From Akkermansia sp. (GTDB lineage: Bacteria; Verrucomicrobiota; Verrucomicrobiia; Verrucomicrobiales; Akkermansiaceae), in contig JAZSRB010000008.1 of NCBI GenBank assembly GCA_045538275.1, positions 15,750 to 79,749 of the forward strand: a stretch of DNA of 64,000 nucleotides, in the 5' to 3' direction. Under the pieces are notes generated by a model. That model made no database searches. It was not told the origin of the DNA and saw only the letters and a list, made by a program, of their open reading frames with translations. This document shows positions 41,856 through 51,658 of the stretch, piece after piece. The translations under genes and the position numbers were made by a program. Every line of letters starts with the position of its first letter. The first letter of the stretch is position 1.

Positions 41856-44615
41856 ATGGCTACACTCTGCATACTGGACGGCATGGCGCTCATCTACCGC
41901 GCATTCTACGCCTTTATCAACAACCCGATGCGCAACTCCACCGGGCTGAACACCTCTGCCATGTTCGGCTTCATCAATACGGTGGTGCATCTCATCGAAA
42001 AAGAAAAGCCCACACACATTGTAGCCTGTCTGGACCCCAGCGGCCCCACTTTCCGCCATGAGCGATTCCCTGAATACAAGGCCAACCGCCAGGCCATGCC
42101 GCAGGAACTGCGCGATTCCATTCCCTGGATTGTGGAGATTCTGGCCGCCATGCGCATCAAGACCCTGCGCATGCCCGGATATGAGGCAGACGACCTCATC
42201 GGCACCATCACACGCATGAGCGATGAGGCCGGCAACATGCATGCCTACATGGTTTCCAAGGACAAGGACCTGGGGCAGTTGCTCTCGCCCACCTGCTCGT
42301 TCTGGCGCCCCGGCAAGAAGGGAAGCGATTTCGAGACAGTCGGTGTGACCGAATTCCTGGAGGAATGGGGTATTGAAAACCCGCGCCAGATTATCGACAT
42401 CCTGGCGCTCATGGGCGATGCCTCCGATAATATCCCCGGTGTGCCGGGTGTGGGGGCTGTTTCCGCTAAAAAACTCATCACCCAGTTCGGCAGCATTGAG
42501 AACATGCTCGCCCGCAGCGCGGAAATCAAAGGCAAGATGCGCGAGAAGATTGAGCAGAATGCCGAAGCCGCCCGCCTTTCCTATGAACTAGTGACGATTC
42601 GCCGCGATGTGCCGGTGGAATTGAAGCTGGAGGATTGCAAAGTGCAGGATTTTGACACCAAATCCCTGGCAGATATCCTGCAGAAACTGGAATTCAAGGA
42701 ACTGGCGAAAAAACTCTGCGGCACGCAGCCGGGCGATGCCGATATGGGCGAACTCTTTGCCGCTGCAGCCACCCCCGCCGGGCAGGAGACGGGAGAAATG
42801 CAGCTGGATTTGTTCACCCTGCCCCAGCTGGCGGATATTAACTCCACCCCGCACCAGTACCACCTGGTCAATACCCCCGAGGCCCGCGCCGCCCTGGCCT
42901 CCCGCATGGAACAGGCCCCCCGCTGGGCTTTCGATACAGAAACCACCGGGCTCGACCCGCTCACGGACAGGATGCTGGGTTTCTCGGTCGCCATTGACGA
43001 ACACGAGGCCTACTACATTCCCGCTGCAGAGGAGGGCTGGCTGGATTGCTTTGCCACCGCCTTTGCCGGAACGGCCGAAAAAATCGGATTGAATGCCAAA
43101 TTTGATATCCAGGTGCTGCACCAGGCAGGGCTGGTGGTAAACGGGCCTTTCTTCGACTGCATGCTGGCACACAGTGCACTGTATCCGGAGCTGCGACACG
43201 GCATGGACGAGATGGCCGAAGCCCTGCTGCAATACAAGACGATTCATCTGGAAGACATTGCAGGCAAAGGCAAGGCCATGGACACCGCTGCCGTACCCGT
43301 GAAAACCATGGCGGAATACGCCGCCGAGGACGCGGATGTGACCCTGCGCCTGTACCACGTGCTGCAGCCGCAACTGGTGGAAGCCGGGCAGGACGCCCTG
43401 ATGCGTAGCATTGAGTTTCCCCTGGTGCCGGTGCTGGCCGGCATCGAGGAAGAAGGCATGCGTGTAGAACCGGAGCTGCTGCAGAAGAGCTCCGAGGAAC
43501 TGGGTGCGCAGATTGACAGTCTCCGCGCCCGCATCGATGAGCAGGTGGGGCGGCCCCTCAACCTGAACTCACCCAAGCAGCTTGGCGAGCTCCTCTTCGA
43601 TGACATGAAGCTGCTCGCCAAACCCAAAAAGACCCGCACCGGGCAGTATGTGACCGATGAGGAAACGCTGCGCAAGCTGGTGCCGCTTTCCCCGCTGGTG
43701 GCGGATATTCTGGAATACCGAGAACTGAGCAAGCTGAAAGGCACCTATCTGGATGCCCTGCCCCGCTTCATTTCGCCGAAGGATGGCCGCATTCACTCCA
43801 CCCTGCTGCAAATGGTGACCGCCACCGGACGTCTTGCCTCGCAGAACCCGAACCTGCAGAACATCCCCGTGCGCTCAGAGGCCGGCAAGCTCATCCGCCG
43901 CGCCTTTGTGGCACGCGATGCGCAGCACAGCATTCTCTCTGCCGACTATTCGCAGGTGGAACTGCGCCTCATGGCTGCTCTCTCCGGCGACCCCGGCATG
44001 ATTGCTGCCTTTACCTCCGGCCGCGACATCCACGCCGAAACCGCAGCCCGCATCTACGGCGTGCCGCATGATGATGTGACAGCCGACATGCGCCGCAAGG
44101 CCAAAACGGTGAACTTCGGCATCATCTACGGCATCTCCGCCTTCGGGCTCTCGCAGCGGCTGGACTGCCCGCGCGGCGAGGCCGCCGGACTCATCGAAAG
44201 CTATTTTGCCCAGTTCCCGGGGGTGAAGGACTGCATGGATAAGCTGGTGGCCGATGCCCGCGAGCGTGGCTATGCCGAAACCCTCTGCGGCCGCCGCCGC
44301 AAGCTGCCGGACTTGAACAGCGCCAATTTCAACCTGCGCGCCGCTGCCGAGCGAACCGCCATCAATACCCCGATTCAAGGTACTGCGGCAGACATGATCA
44401 AGATAGCCATGGTGCGCGTGGCCGGGCTGCTGCAGGGGCGCCGCAGCCGCCTTATCATGCAGATTCACGACGAACTCCTCATCGACCTGCACCAGGACGA
44501 ACACGACCTCATCCCGCAGATTACAGAAGCCATGCGCTCTGCCCTGCCCCTTCCCAACGGCGTGCCGCTGGAGGTGGAGGCCAACACCGCCCCCAACTGG
44601 CTCGAAGCACATTAA
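41856..44615 (+). CDS. polA: DNA polymerase I
   Basis: 5'-3' exonuclease (LDGMALIYRAF, YKANR, EADD), 3'-5' exo (FDTETTG, YAAEDAD) and polymerase motifs (SADYSQVELR, AKTVNFGIIYG, QIHDEL). Confidence 0.98.
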   Translation: MATLCILDGMALIYRAFYAFINNPMRNSTGLNTSAMFGFINTVVHLIEKEKPTHIVACLDPSGPTFRHERFPEYKANRQAMPQELRDSIPWIVEILAAMRIKTLRMPGYEADDLIGTITRMSDEAGNMHAYMVSKDKDLGQLLSPTCSFWRPGKKGSDFETVGVTEFLEEWGIENPRQIIDILALMGDASDNIPGVPGVGAVSAKKLITQFGSIENMLARSAEIKGKMREKIEQNAEAARLSYELVTIRRDVPVELKLEDCKVQDFDTKSLADILQKLEFKELAKKLCGTQPGDADMGELFAAAATPAGQETGEMQLDLFTLPQLADINSTPHQYHLVNTPEARAALASRMEQAPRWAFDTETTGLDPLTDRMLGFSVAIDEHEAYYIPAAEEGWLDCFATAFAGTAEKIGLNAKFDIQVLHQAGLVVNGPFFDCMLAHSALYPELRHGMDEMAEALLQYKTIHLEDIAGKGKAMDTAAVPVKTMAEYAAEDADVTLRLYHVLQPQLVEAGQDALMRSIEFPLVPVLAGIEEEGMRVEPELLQKSSEELGAQIDSLRARIDEQVGRPLNLNSPKQLGELLFDDMKLLAKPKKTRTGQYVTDEETLRKLVPLSPLVADILEYRELSKLKGTYLDALPRFISPKDGRIHSTLLQMVTATGRLASQNPNLQNIPVRSEAGKLIRRAFVARDAQHSILSADYSQVELRLMAALSGDPGMIAAFTSGRDIHAETAARIYGVPHDDVTADMRRKAKTVNFGIIYGISAFGLSQRLDCPRGEAAGLIESYFAQFPGVKDCMDKLVADARERGYAETLCGRRRKLPDLNSANFNLRAAAERTAINTPIQGTAADMIKIAMVRVAGLLQGRRSRLIMQIHDELLIDLHQDEHDLIPQITEAMRSALPLPNGVPLEVEANTAPNWLEAH

Positions 44616-44630
44616 TCTCTCTCTCATACC

Positions 44631-45284
44631 ATGGAACTATCTGATATCGAATACATCAAAATAGGAATCTGGAGTTCCGGTATCGTCTTTACCCTGCTTC
44701 TGACCTCGCTGCTGACCAGGATTTTCTACCGGGCAGTCATCAGGCCCTGGCGCCGCATTGCCCCGCTGACTGTGGCCGATCTGAAAATGCGGCGCAAGTA
44801 CAAGCACCTCAAAGAAACCTGCCTGATGAAGCTTATCAAGCTCGGCATCTGGATATCGGGCACAATTTTCACCCTCCTCATGGCATGGGGTATTGCCCTT
44901 TGCATCCGCTATAATTTCCAGGGAGCCCCCATCAAAAAGATATTCTTCCTCATGATGTCCTCCGAAAATGTGGACAAAGCCACCGAACTGGCCGATATTG
45001 AGCGAACATCCACACGCATCGGCTCGACAAAAAATGAAATGCTCCGAGAAATCAAGGCAGAAATTGCCAGAATAGAGCAGGAATCCGGCGATGCTCTGGA
45101 GCACAACCCCGCACTCATGGCAGATTACAAATCGCTCTGCCTGACCCGGGATATTCTGGAGGGCAAAGCCACCAGCACCCCGGCTCAGGAAGCAAAGAAT
45201 ACTGGCGAAGATAAAAGCCCCCAAAAAAAGAAAAGGAAAAAGAAGAAGCGCAACGATTCTTCCACCCTCCATACCAACTATTAA
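44631..45284 (+). CDS. Hypothetical membrane protein with duplicated TM segment and ankyrin-protein-like C-terminus
   Basis: IKIGIWSSGIVFTLLL / IKLGIWISGTIFTLLM repeat. C-terminal ADYK...TRDILEGK...PAQEA and Lys-rich tail. Confidence 0.7.
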   Translation: MELSDIEYIKIGIWSSGIVFTLLLTSLLTRIFYRAVIRPWRRIAPLTVADLKMRRKYKHLKETCLMKLIKLGIWISGTIFTLLMAWGIALCIRYNFQGAPIKKIFFLMMSSENVDKATELADIERTSTRIGSTKNEMLREIKAEIARIEQESGDALEHNPALMADYKSLCLTRDILEGKATSTPAQEAKNTGEDKSPQKKKRKKKKRNDSSTLHTNY

Positions 45285-45298
45285 GCAAACAATTCATC

Positions 45299-45790
45299 AT
45301 GATGACTCTGGTAGGTTTAGGATACGATATTCACCGTTTTTCTGAGACAGAGCGCCCGCTCTGGCTGGGCGGGGTGCAAGTGCACCCCACCAGGGGGCTT
45401 GCCGGCCACAGCGATGCCGATGTGCTCTGCCACGCGCTGGCAGATGCCATTCTCGGTGCCATTGGCGAGCCGGACATCGGCTACTGGTTCCCCCCGGGCG
45501 ATGACAGCTGCAAGAATATCTGCTCACTGCGCATTGTGGAAAAAGCGGTGGAACTGCTCAAAGCCCAGGGTGGCCGCGTGGTGAATGCGGACTGCGCCCT
45601 CATTGCCGAAGCGCCCAAGATTATGCCCTTTGTGCAGCAGATGAAGGAGACGCTGGCCCCGATTCTGGGCGTGGCTCCCCGCCGCGTGGGCGTGAAAGCC
45701 ACCACCAACGAAAAGCTGGGGGCACTCGGCCGCCGCGAAGGCATGGCCGCCTTTGCCACAGTCGCCGTACAAGTTCCCGAAGAAGCTTAA
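45299..45790 (+). CDS. ispF: 2-C-methyl-D-erythritol 2,4-cyclodiphosphate synthase
   Basis: G.GYDIH, GHSDADVLCHA, DIG..FP and VKATT.EKLG. Confidence 0.96.
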   Translation: MMTLVGLGYDIHRFSETERPLWLGGVQVHPTRGLAGHSDADVLCHALADAILGAIGEPDIGYWFPPGDDSCKNICSLRIVEKAVELLKAQGGRVVNADCALIAEAPKIMPFVQQMKETLAPILGVAPRRVGVKATTNEKLGALGRREGMAAFATVAVQVPEEA

Positions 45791-45795
45791 CGACT

Positions 45796-46290
45796 ATGTC
45801 CCCGGAAATTGATTTACTGGCCTTTGCCGCCGTGGAGAATCTGAAAGCTGCAGGGCTCACCGTGACCACGGCCGAGAGCTGCACCGGCGGTATGATTGCC
45901 ACCGCCATCACCGAGGTTCCAGGCGCCTCCGCCGTATTCCGCTACGGCTGGGTGACTTATTGCAATGAAGCCAAGGAACGGCTCTTAAACGTGCCCGCCG
46001 GGCTCATCGAGGAGCACACCGTGGTAAGCGAACCGGTAGTGGCTGCCATGGCCCAGGCCGCCATGCGCCAGAGCGGTGCCGATATCGCCGTGGCCGTTTC
46101 CGGCAATGCAGGCCCCACCGCCGCCGAGGGCGAGCCCCCTGTAGGCACCGTCTGCCTGGCTATTTCCCGCCGCGGAGCCGCACGCCCGGTGCATACTGAA
46201 ACCCTCATTCTCCCCGGCATGACCCGCCGCCAGTTCCGCGAGCGGGTCACCGCCAAAGTGCTGCAGCTCATTGCAGGGGCCGCCTACTGA
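45796..46290 (+). CDS. pncC: CinA C-terminal/PncC nicotinamide-nucleotide amidohydrolase
   Basis: TAESCTGG, GAS..F..G.VTY.N..K, VS...V..MA and GTV motifs. Confidence 0.88.
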   Translation: MSPEIDLLAFAAVENLKAAGLTVTTAESCTGGMIATAITEVPGASAVFRYGWVTYCNEAKERLLNVPAGLIEEHTVVSEPVVAAMAQAAMRQSGADIAVAVSGNAGPTAAEGEPPVGTVCLAISRRGAARPVHTETLILPGMTRRQFRERVTAKVLQLIAGAAY

Positions 46291-46323
46291 AAAAAAGCCT
46301 GAGTTTTTACTCAGGCTTTTTTT
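46291..46323. terminator. Bidirectional terminator
   Basis: aaaaaagcctgagt-tttt-actcaggctttttt between convergent genes. Confidence 0.85.
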
Positions 46324-46328
46324 ACCAG

Positions 46329-48116
46329 TTAATTGATACCCTGGCGGTCGTAAAGCTCCTTGTAGAGCGGGCAGGTGGCATAGAGTTCCTCGTGTGTGCC
46401 ATCACCCACAATCCGCCCATAATCAAACACCAGAATGCGGTGAGCATTGCGAATGGTGCTGAAGCGGTGCGCCACAATCAGCGTGGTGCGCCCCTGTGCC
46501 AACTTATCCAGTTCTTCCTGAATCTCGCGCTCGCTTTCTGCATCGAGTGATGCCGTGGCTTCATCCAGAATCAGAATGGGAGCATCCTTCACAAAAGCGC
46601 GGGCAATGGCCACGCGCTGACGCTGCCCACCGGAAAGGCCGGCTCCGCCCTGCCCCAGCATGGTATCAATCCCCTGCGGCTGGCTATCCAGGAACTTGGA
46701 GACTGCCGCGGAATCTGCTGCAGCAAGGATTTCCTCATCCGTGGCATCCATGCGTCCCAGGCGGATATTCTCCCGGATACTGCCGGCAAAAAGTAGTGCC
46801 TGCTGCCCCACGAGCGAAAGCTGCTCTCGCAAATCGTGCGGATGCAAATCCCGGACGTCTGTACCATCCACCGTCACCGCGCCCTTGGTTACTTCATAGA
46901 AGCGGGGAATCAGCGAGGCAAAGGTTGTCTTGCCGGAACCACTGGGCCCGACAAGCCCCACAATCTGCCCGGCGGGAATGGTTAAATCCACATCCCGCAG
47001 CACCAGCGTCTCCGCATCGTAACCGAAACTGACGTTGCGGAAGCAAATCTCGCCTTTAACCCGTTCCTCAAATTTCTTCGGATTCTCCGGCAGAGGAATG
47101 GTATTGGGCTCCAGCAATACCTCTGAAAGCCGTTTCAGCGCACCTTGCGCCTCATTAAAGCGATTCCAGGCTGTACCGGCACGCTTCATGGAATCGAAGG
47201 TAAAGAACAGAGCGGCGGCAATGGCCATGAAATCGGTGAGCGACAACCCGCACATGCGCCCGCGAACCAGCAGGAAAGCCAGAGCCAGCGCCGTTACTAT
47301 CTCCATGATCGGCACGAGCGCTTTCTGGTACTTCACCAGTTTCACCAGATTCGTACGCAAACGGCGAGAGACTCCCTTGAACGCTTCAATTTCACGTTCT
47401 TCCATGGCATAGGCTCGCACCTCGCGCTGGTTTTCCAGATTCTGCTGCACAGCGGTATTCAACTCACCAAGTCCCTGTTGCGCACGCTGGGATTTCTGAG
47501 ATATGCGCTTACCAAACAGGATAATTGGCCAGGCTGCCAGTGCAATGAACACCAGATTCATCAGGAACAGAATACCCTGCCCGGAGGAAACAAGCAGGAA
47601 CACAAACGCCAGAATGGCACACAATGCCGTAATCGGCTGTTTCACCAGGTCATTGGAAACCGTAGTCAGAATATTCTGCACGCTGGAAGTATCTGCCAGA
47701 ATGCGGCTGATCACATCACCCTTCTGACGGCTCTCCATAAACGCAATCGGCAATTCCTGCACACGGCAGAACACCTGCATGCGCAGCGTTTCCAGAATGC
47801 GGATACCCAGAATATTCACCAACACCGCATTTGCCCACATGGCGAAACCACGCACCACAAAGACGCCGGGCATCATCCCGCAAGCCAGCAGCAGCAGCGT
47901 ATCCGGAGACAAGCTCTGCAATGAGGGAAATAATTGCAGCACCTCAGGAGTGGTACCCCCATCACCCCGGAACACCACCGGAAATACGTACTTCACCATG
48001 AACGGCACACCGGCACCGCTGGCGGCAGCGGCTATCATGCCCGTGACCAGCACCAGCACAAACGTGCTGAGATGCGGCAGCATAAACCGCTTCAGGAAAT
48101 AGACAAGATTTTTCAT
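46329..48116 (-). CDS. MsbA-like ABC exporter (TMD-NBD), copy 2
   Basis: TM domain plus GPSGSGKTT, LSGGQRQR, LDEATASLD and AHR. Confidence 0.92.
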   Translation of the reverse strand: MKNLVYFLKRFMLPHLSTFVLVLVTGMIAAAASGAGVPFMVKYVFPVVFRGDGGTTPEVLQLFPSLQSLSPDTLLLLACGMMPGVFVVRGFAMWANAVLVNILGIRILETLRMQVFCRVQELPIAFMESRQKGDVISRILADTSSVQNILTTVSNDLVKQPITALCAILAFVFLLVSSGQGILFLMNLVFIALAAWPIILFGKRISQKSQRAQQGLGELNTAVQQNLENQREVRAYAMEEREIEAFKGVSRRLRTNLVKLVKYQKALVPIMEIVTALALAFLLVRGRMCGLSLTDFMAIAAALFFTFDSMKRAGTAWNRFNEAQGALKRLSEVLLEPNTIPLPENPKKFEERVKGEICFRNVSFGYDAETLVLRDVDLTIPAGQIVGLVGPSGSGKTTFASLIPRFYEVTKGAVTVDGTDVRDLHPHDLREQLSLVGQQALLFAGSIRENIRLGRMDATDEEILAAADSAAVSKFLDSQPQGIDTMLGQGGAGLSGGQRQRVAIARAFVKDAPILILDEATASLDAESEREIQEELDKLAQGRTTLIVAHRFSTIRNAHRILVFDYGRIVGDGTHEELYATCPLYKELYDRQGIN

Positions 48117-49963
48117 GCTTCAACCTCCTTTTCTTTATCTTCCTCAGCCTGGCGCACCTGCTCATCATACAGGTGGCGGTAGAGCATGCAGCTTTCATAC
48201 AACTCTGCATGGGCACCATCGGCAATGACACGGCCTTCCTCAAACACCAGGATACGCTGTGCCATACGAATAGTGCTGAACCGGTGGGCTATCACAAAAG
48301 TTGTGTGTCCCTTCGCCAGTTCTTCCAGCTCCGCCTGAATAGCAGCCTCACTCTTCATGTCAAGGGCAGAGGTTGCTTCATCCAGCACCAGAACGGGCGC
48401 ATTCTTCAAAAACGCCCGGGCAATGGAAATTCGCTGCCGTTGCCCACCGGACAAACCGGCTCCGCCTTCGCCCAGCAGCCGGTCTATCCCCTCAGGGGTA
48501 CCCTCCGTAAACTCGTCCACCCTGGCCTGCCGGGCTGCGGTAAGCACCTCCTCCCGGGTTGCATCTGGCCGGCCAGCGCGAATATTCTCATATATGGTAT
48601 CGCGGAAAAGCGCGGCAAACTGGGACACGAGGCCAATGCTCCTGGTGCGGTCTGCGCGGGATATCTGGCGCACATCCACACCATCCAGCTTCACGCTGCC
48701 GGAGTCAACATCGTAAAACCGGCACAGCAGATTGATAAAAGTGGTCTTGCCTGAGCCACTCGGGCCCACTAGCGCCACCACCTGCCCGGCTGGCACATGC
48801 ACCGTCACATCTTTCAGCACAATGTTCTCCGCATCGTAGCCAAATGTGACATTTTCAAAATCCACGGCACCGGCTACTGGGTGATTCAGGCGCACTGGCT
48901 CAGCCGGCTCAGGCGTCTCATCCTGTGCGTGCAGAATCTCATTTATGCCATTGATACCCACAGCCATAATCTGGCACTGGTTAGCCACAGTGCCCAGATG
49001 CTTGATCGGTTCATAGCAGAAATAGAACGCAAAGGCAATCGCAGAAAATTGTTCAAGGGTAAGGCCATCGCTGCATCCCTGGTACAACGAATATGCCAGC
49101 GCCAGAGCCGACACCACCTCTACCGATGGAGTCACGCTGCTCTTCCAGGCATTCATGCGGATGATAATTGAGTTAAACCGGCGAATGCAATCACGCAATA
49201 GCCCCTCGCGGTACGATTCCAGATTGAAAGCACGCACTTCACGCTGGGCAGAAAATGTCTCCTCCACCACCGTCGTGATGACATTCATATCCTTCATGGC
49301 CTTTGCCATATGCTTGGCCATGCGCTTGCCTACGCCGCGCACAATCGGCACACAGGCGCAGGAAATAATCAGGTTTCCCAGCAAAATGGCGCTTTCGTCA
49401 TTGGTGCAGGCAGTATAGACCAGATACGCACCGGCCGAAACCAGGGTCAGCGGCTGAATCACCAGTTCATTCAGAATCGTCACCATCCCCTGCTGCGCCA
49501 TCTGGGTATACTGAATGACCGCCGTCATCAAAGCACCGCGCGTGCGACGGTCATGGTATGAGAATGAAAGCCACTGCAAACGGGAAAACACATCCACCCG
49601 CAACTCCAGAAGCCCCTCCGTACCGGCCTGGGTCAGCAGATAGGTGTTAAGATAGGTGGCAAGGCCCCGAATGGCCATTACCAGCGGTATCAACCCGGCG
49701 GCAATCCACATCATTGCCATGCTCATATCCTGCGGAGCAAAACAGGACTGCACCCAGTCCCTCAGCATGGCGGGCGGCTCCATGGTGCCGAATACAATCG
49801 GAAACACATACTGAGTCATGAATGGCAACCCGAAACCAGCAGCCGCGGCAGCCACGATACCAGCCACAACTCCACCGGCTATCAAATACCACCGTGGCAG
49901 CATATACCGCTTCAGCACCGGCTTCAGCACCTCCCACACTTTCTCATTTTCTGCTTTACTCAT
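48113..49963 (-). CDS. MsbA-like ABC exporter (TMD-NBD), copy 1
   Basis: TM domain plus GPSGSGKTT, LSGGQRQR, LDEATSALD and AHR. ATGA-coupled to copy 2. Confidence 0.92.
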   Translation of the reverse strand: MSKAENEKVWEVLKPVLKRYMLPRWYLIAGGVVAGIVAAAAAGFGLPFMTQYVFPIVFGTMEPPAMLRDWVQSCFAPQDMSMAMMWIAAGLIPLVMAIRGLATYLNTYLLTQAGTEGLLELRVDVFSRLQWLSFSYHDRRTRGALMTAVIQYTQMAQQGMVTILNELVIQPLTLVSAGAYLVYTACTNDESAILLGNLIISCACVPIVRGVGKRMAKHMAKAMKDMNVITTVVEETFSAQREVRAFNLESYREGLLRDCIRRFNSIIIRMNAWKSSVTPSVEVVSALALAYSLYQGCSDGLTLEQFSAIAFAFYFCYEPIKHLGTVANQCQIMAVGINGINEILHAQDETPEPAEPVRLNHPVAGAVDFENVTFGYDAENIVLKDVTVHVPAGQVVALVGPSGSGKTTFINLLCRFYDVDSGSVKLDGVDVRQISRADRTRSIGLVSQFAALFRDTIYENIRAGRPDATREEVLTAARQARVDEFTEGTPEGIDRLLGEGGAGLSGGQRQRISIARAFLKNAPVLVLDEATSALDMKSEAAIQAELEELAKGHTTFVIAHRFSTIRMAQRILVFEEGRVIADGAHAELYESCMLYRHLYDEQVRQAEEDKEKEVEA

Positions 49964-50134
49964 GAGTTTTATCTACTCTACCAGATTACGCCCCCACTGG
50001 CAATCATTTTCGGGTACTCGCCGCCACATGTGCGCATTTTTTGTGCCTCATGCTGCAGCATAACACGCCGACTGCTTGACATAGCAGCTCAAATAGTGCA
50101 ATATAGCCGCAGTTTTTTACGTCCGCGCAACGCC

Positions 50135-51478
50135 ATGAAGAGATTGCTTATCCAAACTATCGCTCTGACTGCCTCCGCCACTCTGCTTACCTCCTGCTTC
50201 GATGAAATCAAGCAGATGGTTGCAGGTGAGGAGACTCCGGCTGAACAGTCCGCCGCCGCTGCAGCAGAGGAACCGGCTGCACCGGCAGCTCCTACTGAAC
50301 CCTCCAATGATGATATCACCCGCATGCTTATGGAGCAGCTCAGCGGCTGTGAAATCGCCAACGCCGGCCAGCTCACCTGCAGCACCCCCACCAGAAATAC
50401 TGACAACAGCGTCAGCATGGGTGCCACTATCAAGCTGGCAGTCAAGGAAGACCTTTATGCAAAAGAAGCAGCCCCTGCAGCTTTCAACAAGGAGCGTGAG
50501 GCTGTGAACGAAGCGGCTAATGCCTCCATGAAGCCGGAATCCGTTTACCTCTTCCAGGTCGGTGCCACCACTGACCTCATTACCGATGCCGACCGCCAGG
50601 CCAAACCCCTGCCCGATAACCTGCAGGCTGCCATGAACGAAATGAAAGAACTGGCAGAAGCCCCGGTATACCGCAAGGTAGTCAACGCTGGTGATGAGGT
50701 GGAAGCCTCTGCCACATTCACCGCCATTTATGTGGACAACGCCTGGCAGTTCAGCAACATCGTGGTTGACAACGCCGCCCTGCTGGACCTCAGCGAATAC
50801 ACCGCACAGAGCGCCCTGCCCCAGGAGGCCCCCATCCTCACCCCCGAATTTGAAGCTGCCCGCAAGGCTGCCATCGCAGAGAAAGTAACAGCTTTCAACC
50901 AAATGGCTGAGCCCTACATCAAAGGACGCGAGGAACAAGCCCGCGCCACTCTCACCGAACACCAGGCCCGTGCAGAGGAAGAAGCCCGCCGCATGACAGA
51001 ACAAGCCGCCGCTCAGGAAGCCGCCCGCCAGGAATGCATTCAGGGCTTTGTACAGGCCCTGGCTGATGATAAGCTCTTCGCCGGCGAATGGACCCGAGAC
51101 AAGCGTTTCGGCGAACTTTCCCTGCACATTGAGCAAGCCAAACAGTTCGAGAATGCCGTACAATTCGTCGGCACCATTTACGACACAAAACTGCCTGAAG
51201 CCAGCCTCGATATCGCAGGCCGTTGCGACCTCACCCCCAAGGAAGATGGCACCGCCCAGCTCGATATCACCATCTACGACGGCCAGTACGACCCCGACCA
51301 GCCCACCGCAGAAGTATACGATGCCAAGGATGGCATGCTCTCCCTCAAGCTCAGCAAGGATGGCAAGCTGACCGGCATCATGAGCTGCACCTCCTGGGCA
51401 AATGCACCGGAAAAAGCGTTCCAGATTAACCTGGCCCCCAAGGCCAAGGAAAGCCCGAAAGGCAAGCGCCGCCGCTAA
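50135..51478 (+). CDS. Hypothetical lipoprotein
   Basis: MKRLLIQTIALTASATLLTSC lipobox. Codon usage resembles highly expressed genes. Helical linker and beta-rich C-terminal domain. Confidence 0.85.
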   Translation: MKRLLIQTIALTASATLLTSCFDEIKQMVAGEETPAEQSAAAAAEEPAAPAAPTEPSNDDITRMLMEQLSGCEIANAGQLTCSTPTRNTDNSVSMGATIKLAVKEDLYAKEAAPAAFNKEREAVNEAANASMKPESVYLFQVGATTDLITDADRQAKPLPDNLQAAMNEMKELAEAPVYRKVVNAGDEVEASATFTAIYVDNAWQFSNIVVDNAALLDLSEYTAQSALPQEAPILTPEFEAARKAAIAEKVTAFNQMAEPYIKGREEQARATLTEHQARAEEEARRMTEQAAAQEAARQECIQGFVQALADDKLFAGEWTRDKRFGELSLHIEQAKQFENAVQFVGTIYDTKLPEASLDIAGRCDLTPKEDGTAQLDITIYDGQYDPDQPTAEVYDAKDGMLSLKLSKDGKLTGIMSCTSWANAPEKAFQINLAPKAKESPKGKRRR

Positions 51479-51503
51479 TCAGGCACCCTTGATTCACCCA
51501 CAG

Positions 51504-51540
51504 ACAGGCAGATTCCGGAAGGGTTCTGCCTGTTATCTTA
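51504..51540 (+). terminator. Probable terminator
   Basis: acaggcaga/tctgcctgt stem followed by a T-rich run. Confidence 0.6.
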
Positions 51541-51658
51541 TATACTGATACTGTACCCGCAAGAAATCATGACTCATATTTCCCCAAATACATGTCAGCA
51601 TAGGGTATTATTAGATTGATTTTCCGGTTAGAATACGATAAAATCGCCCCCACACATT

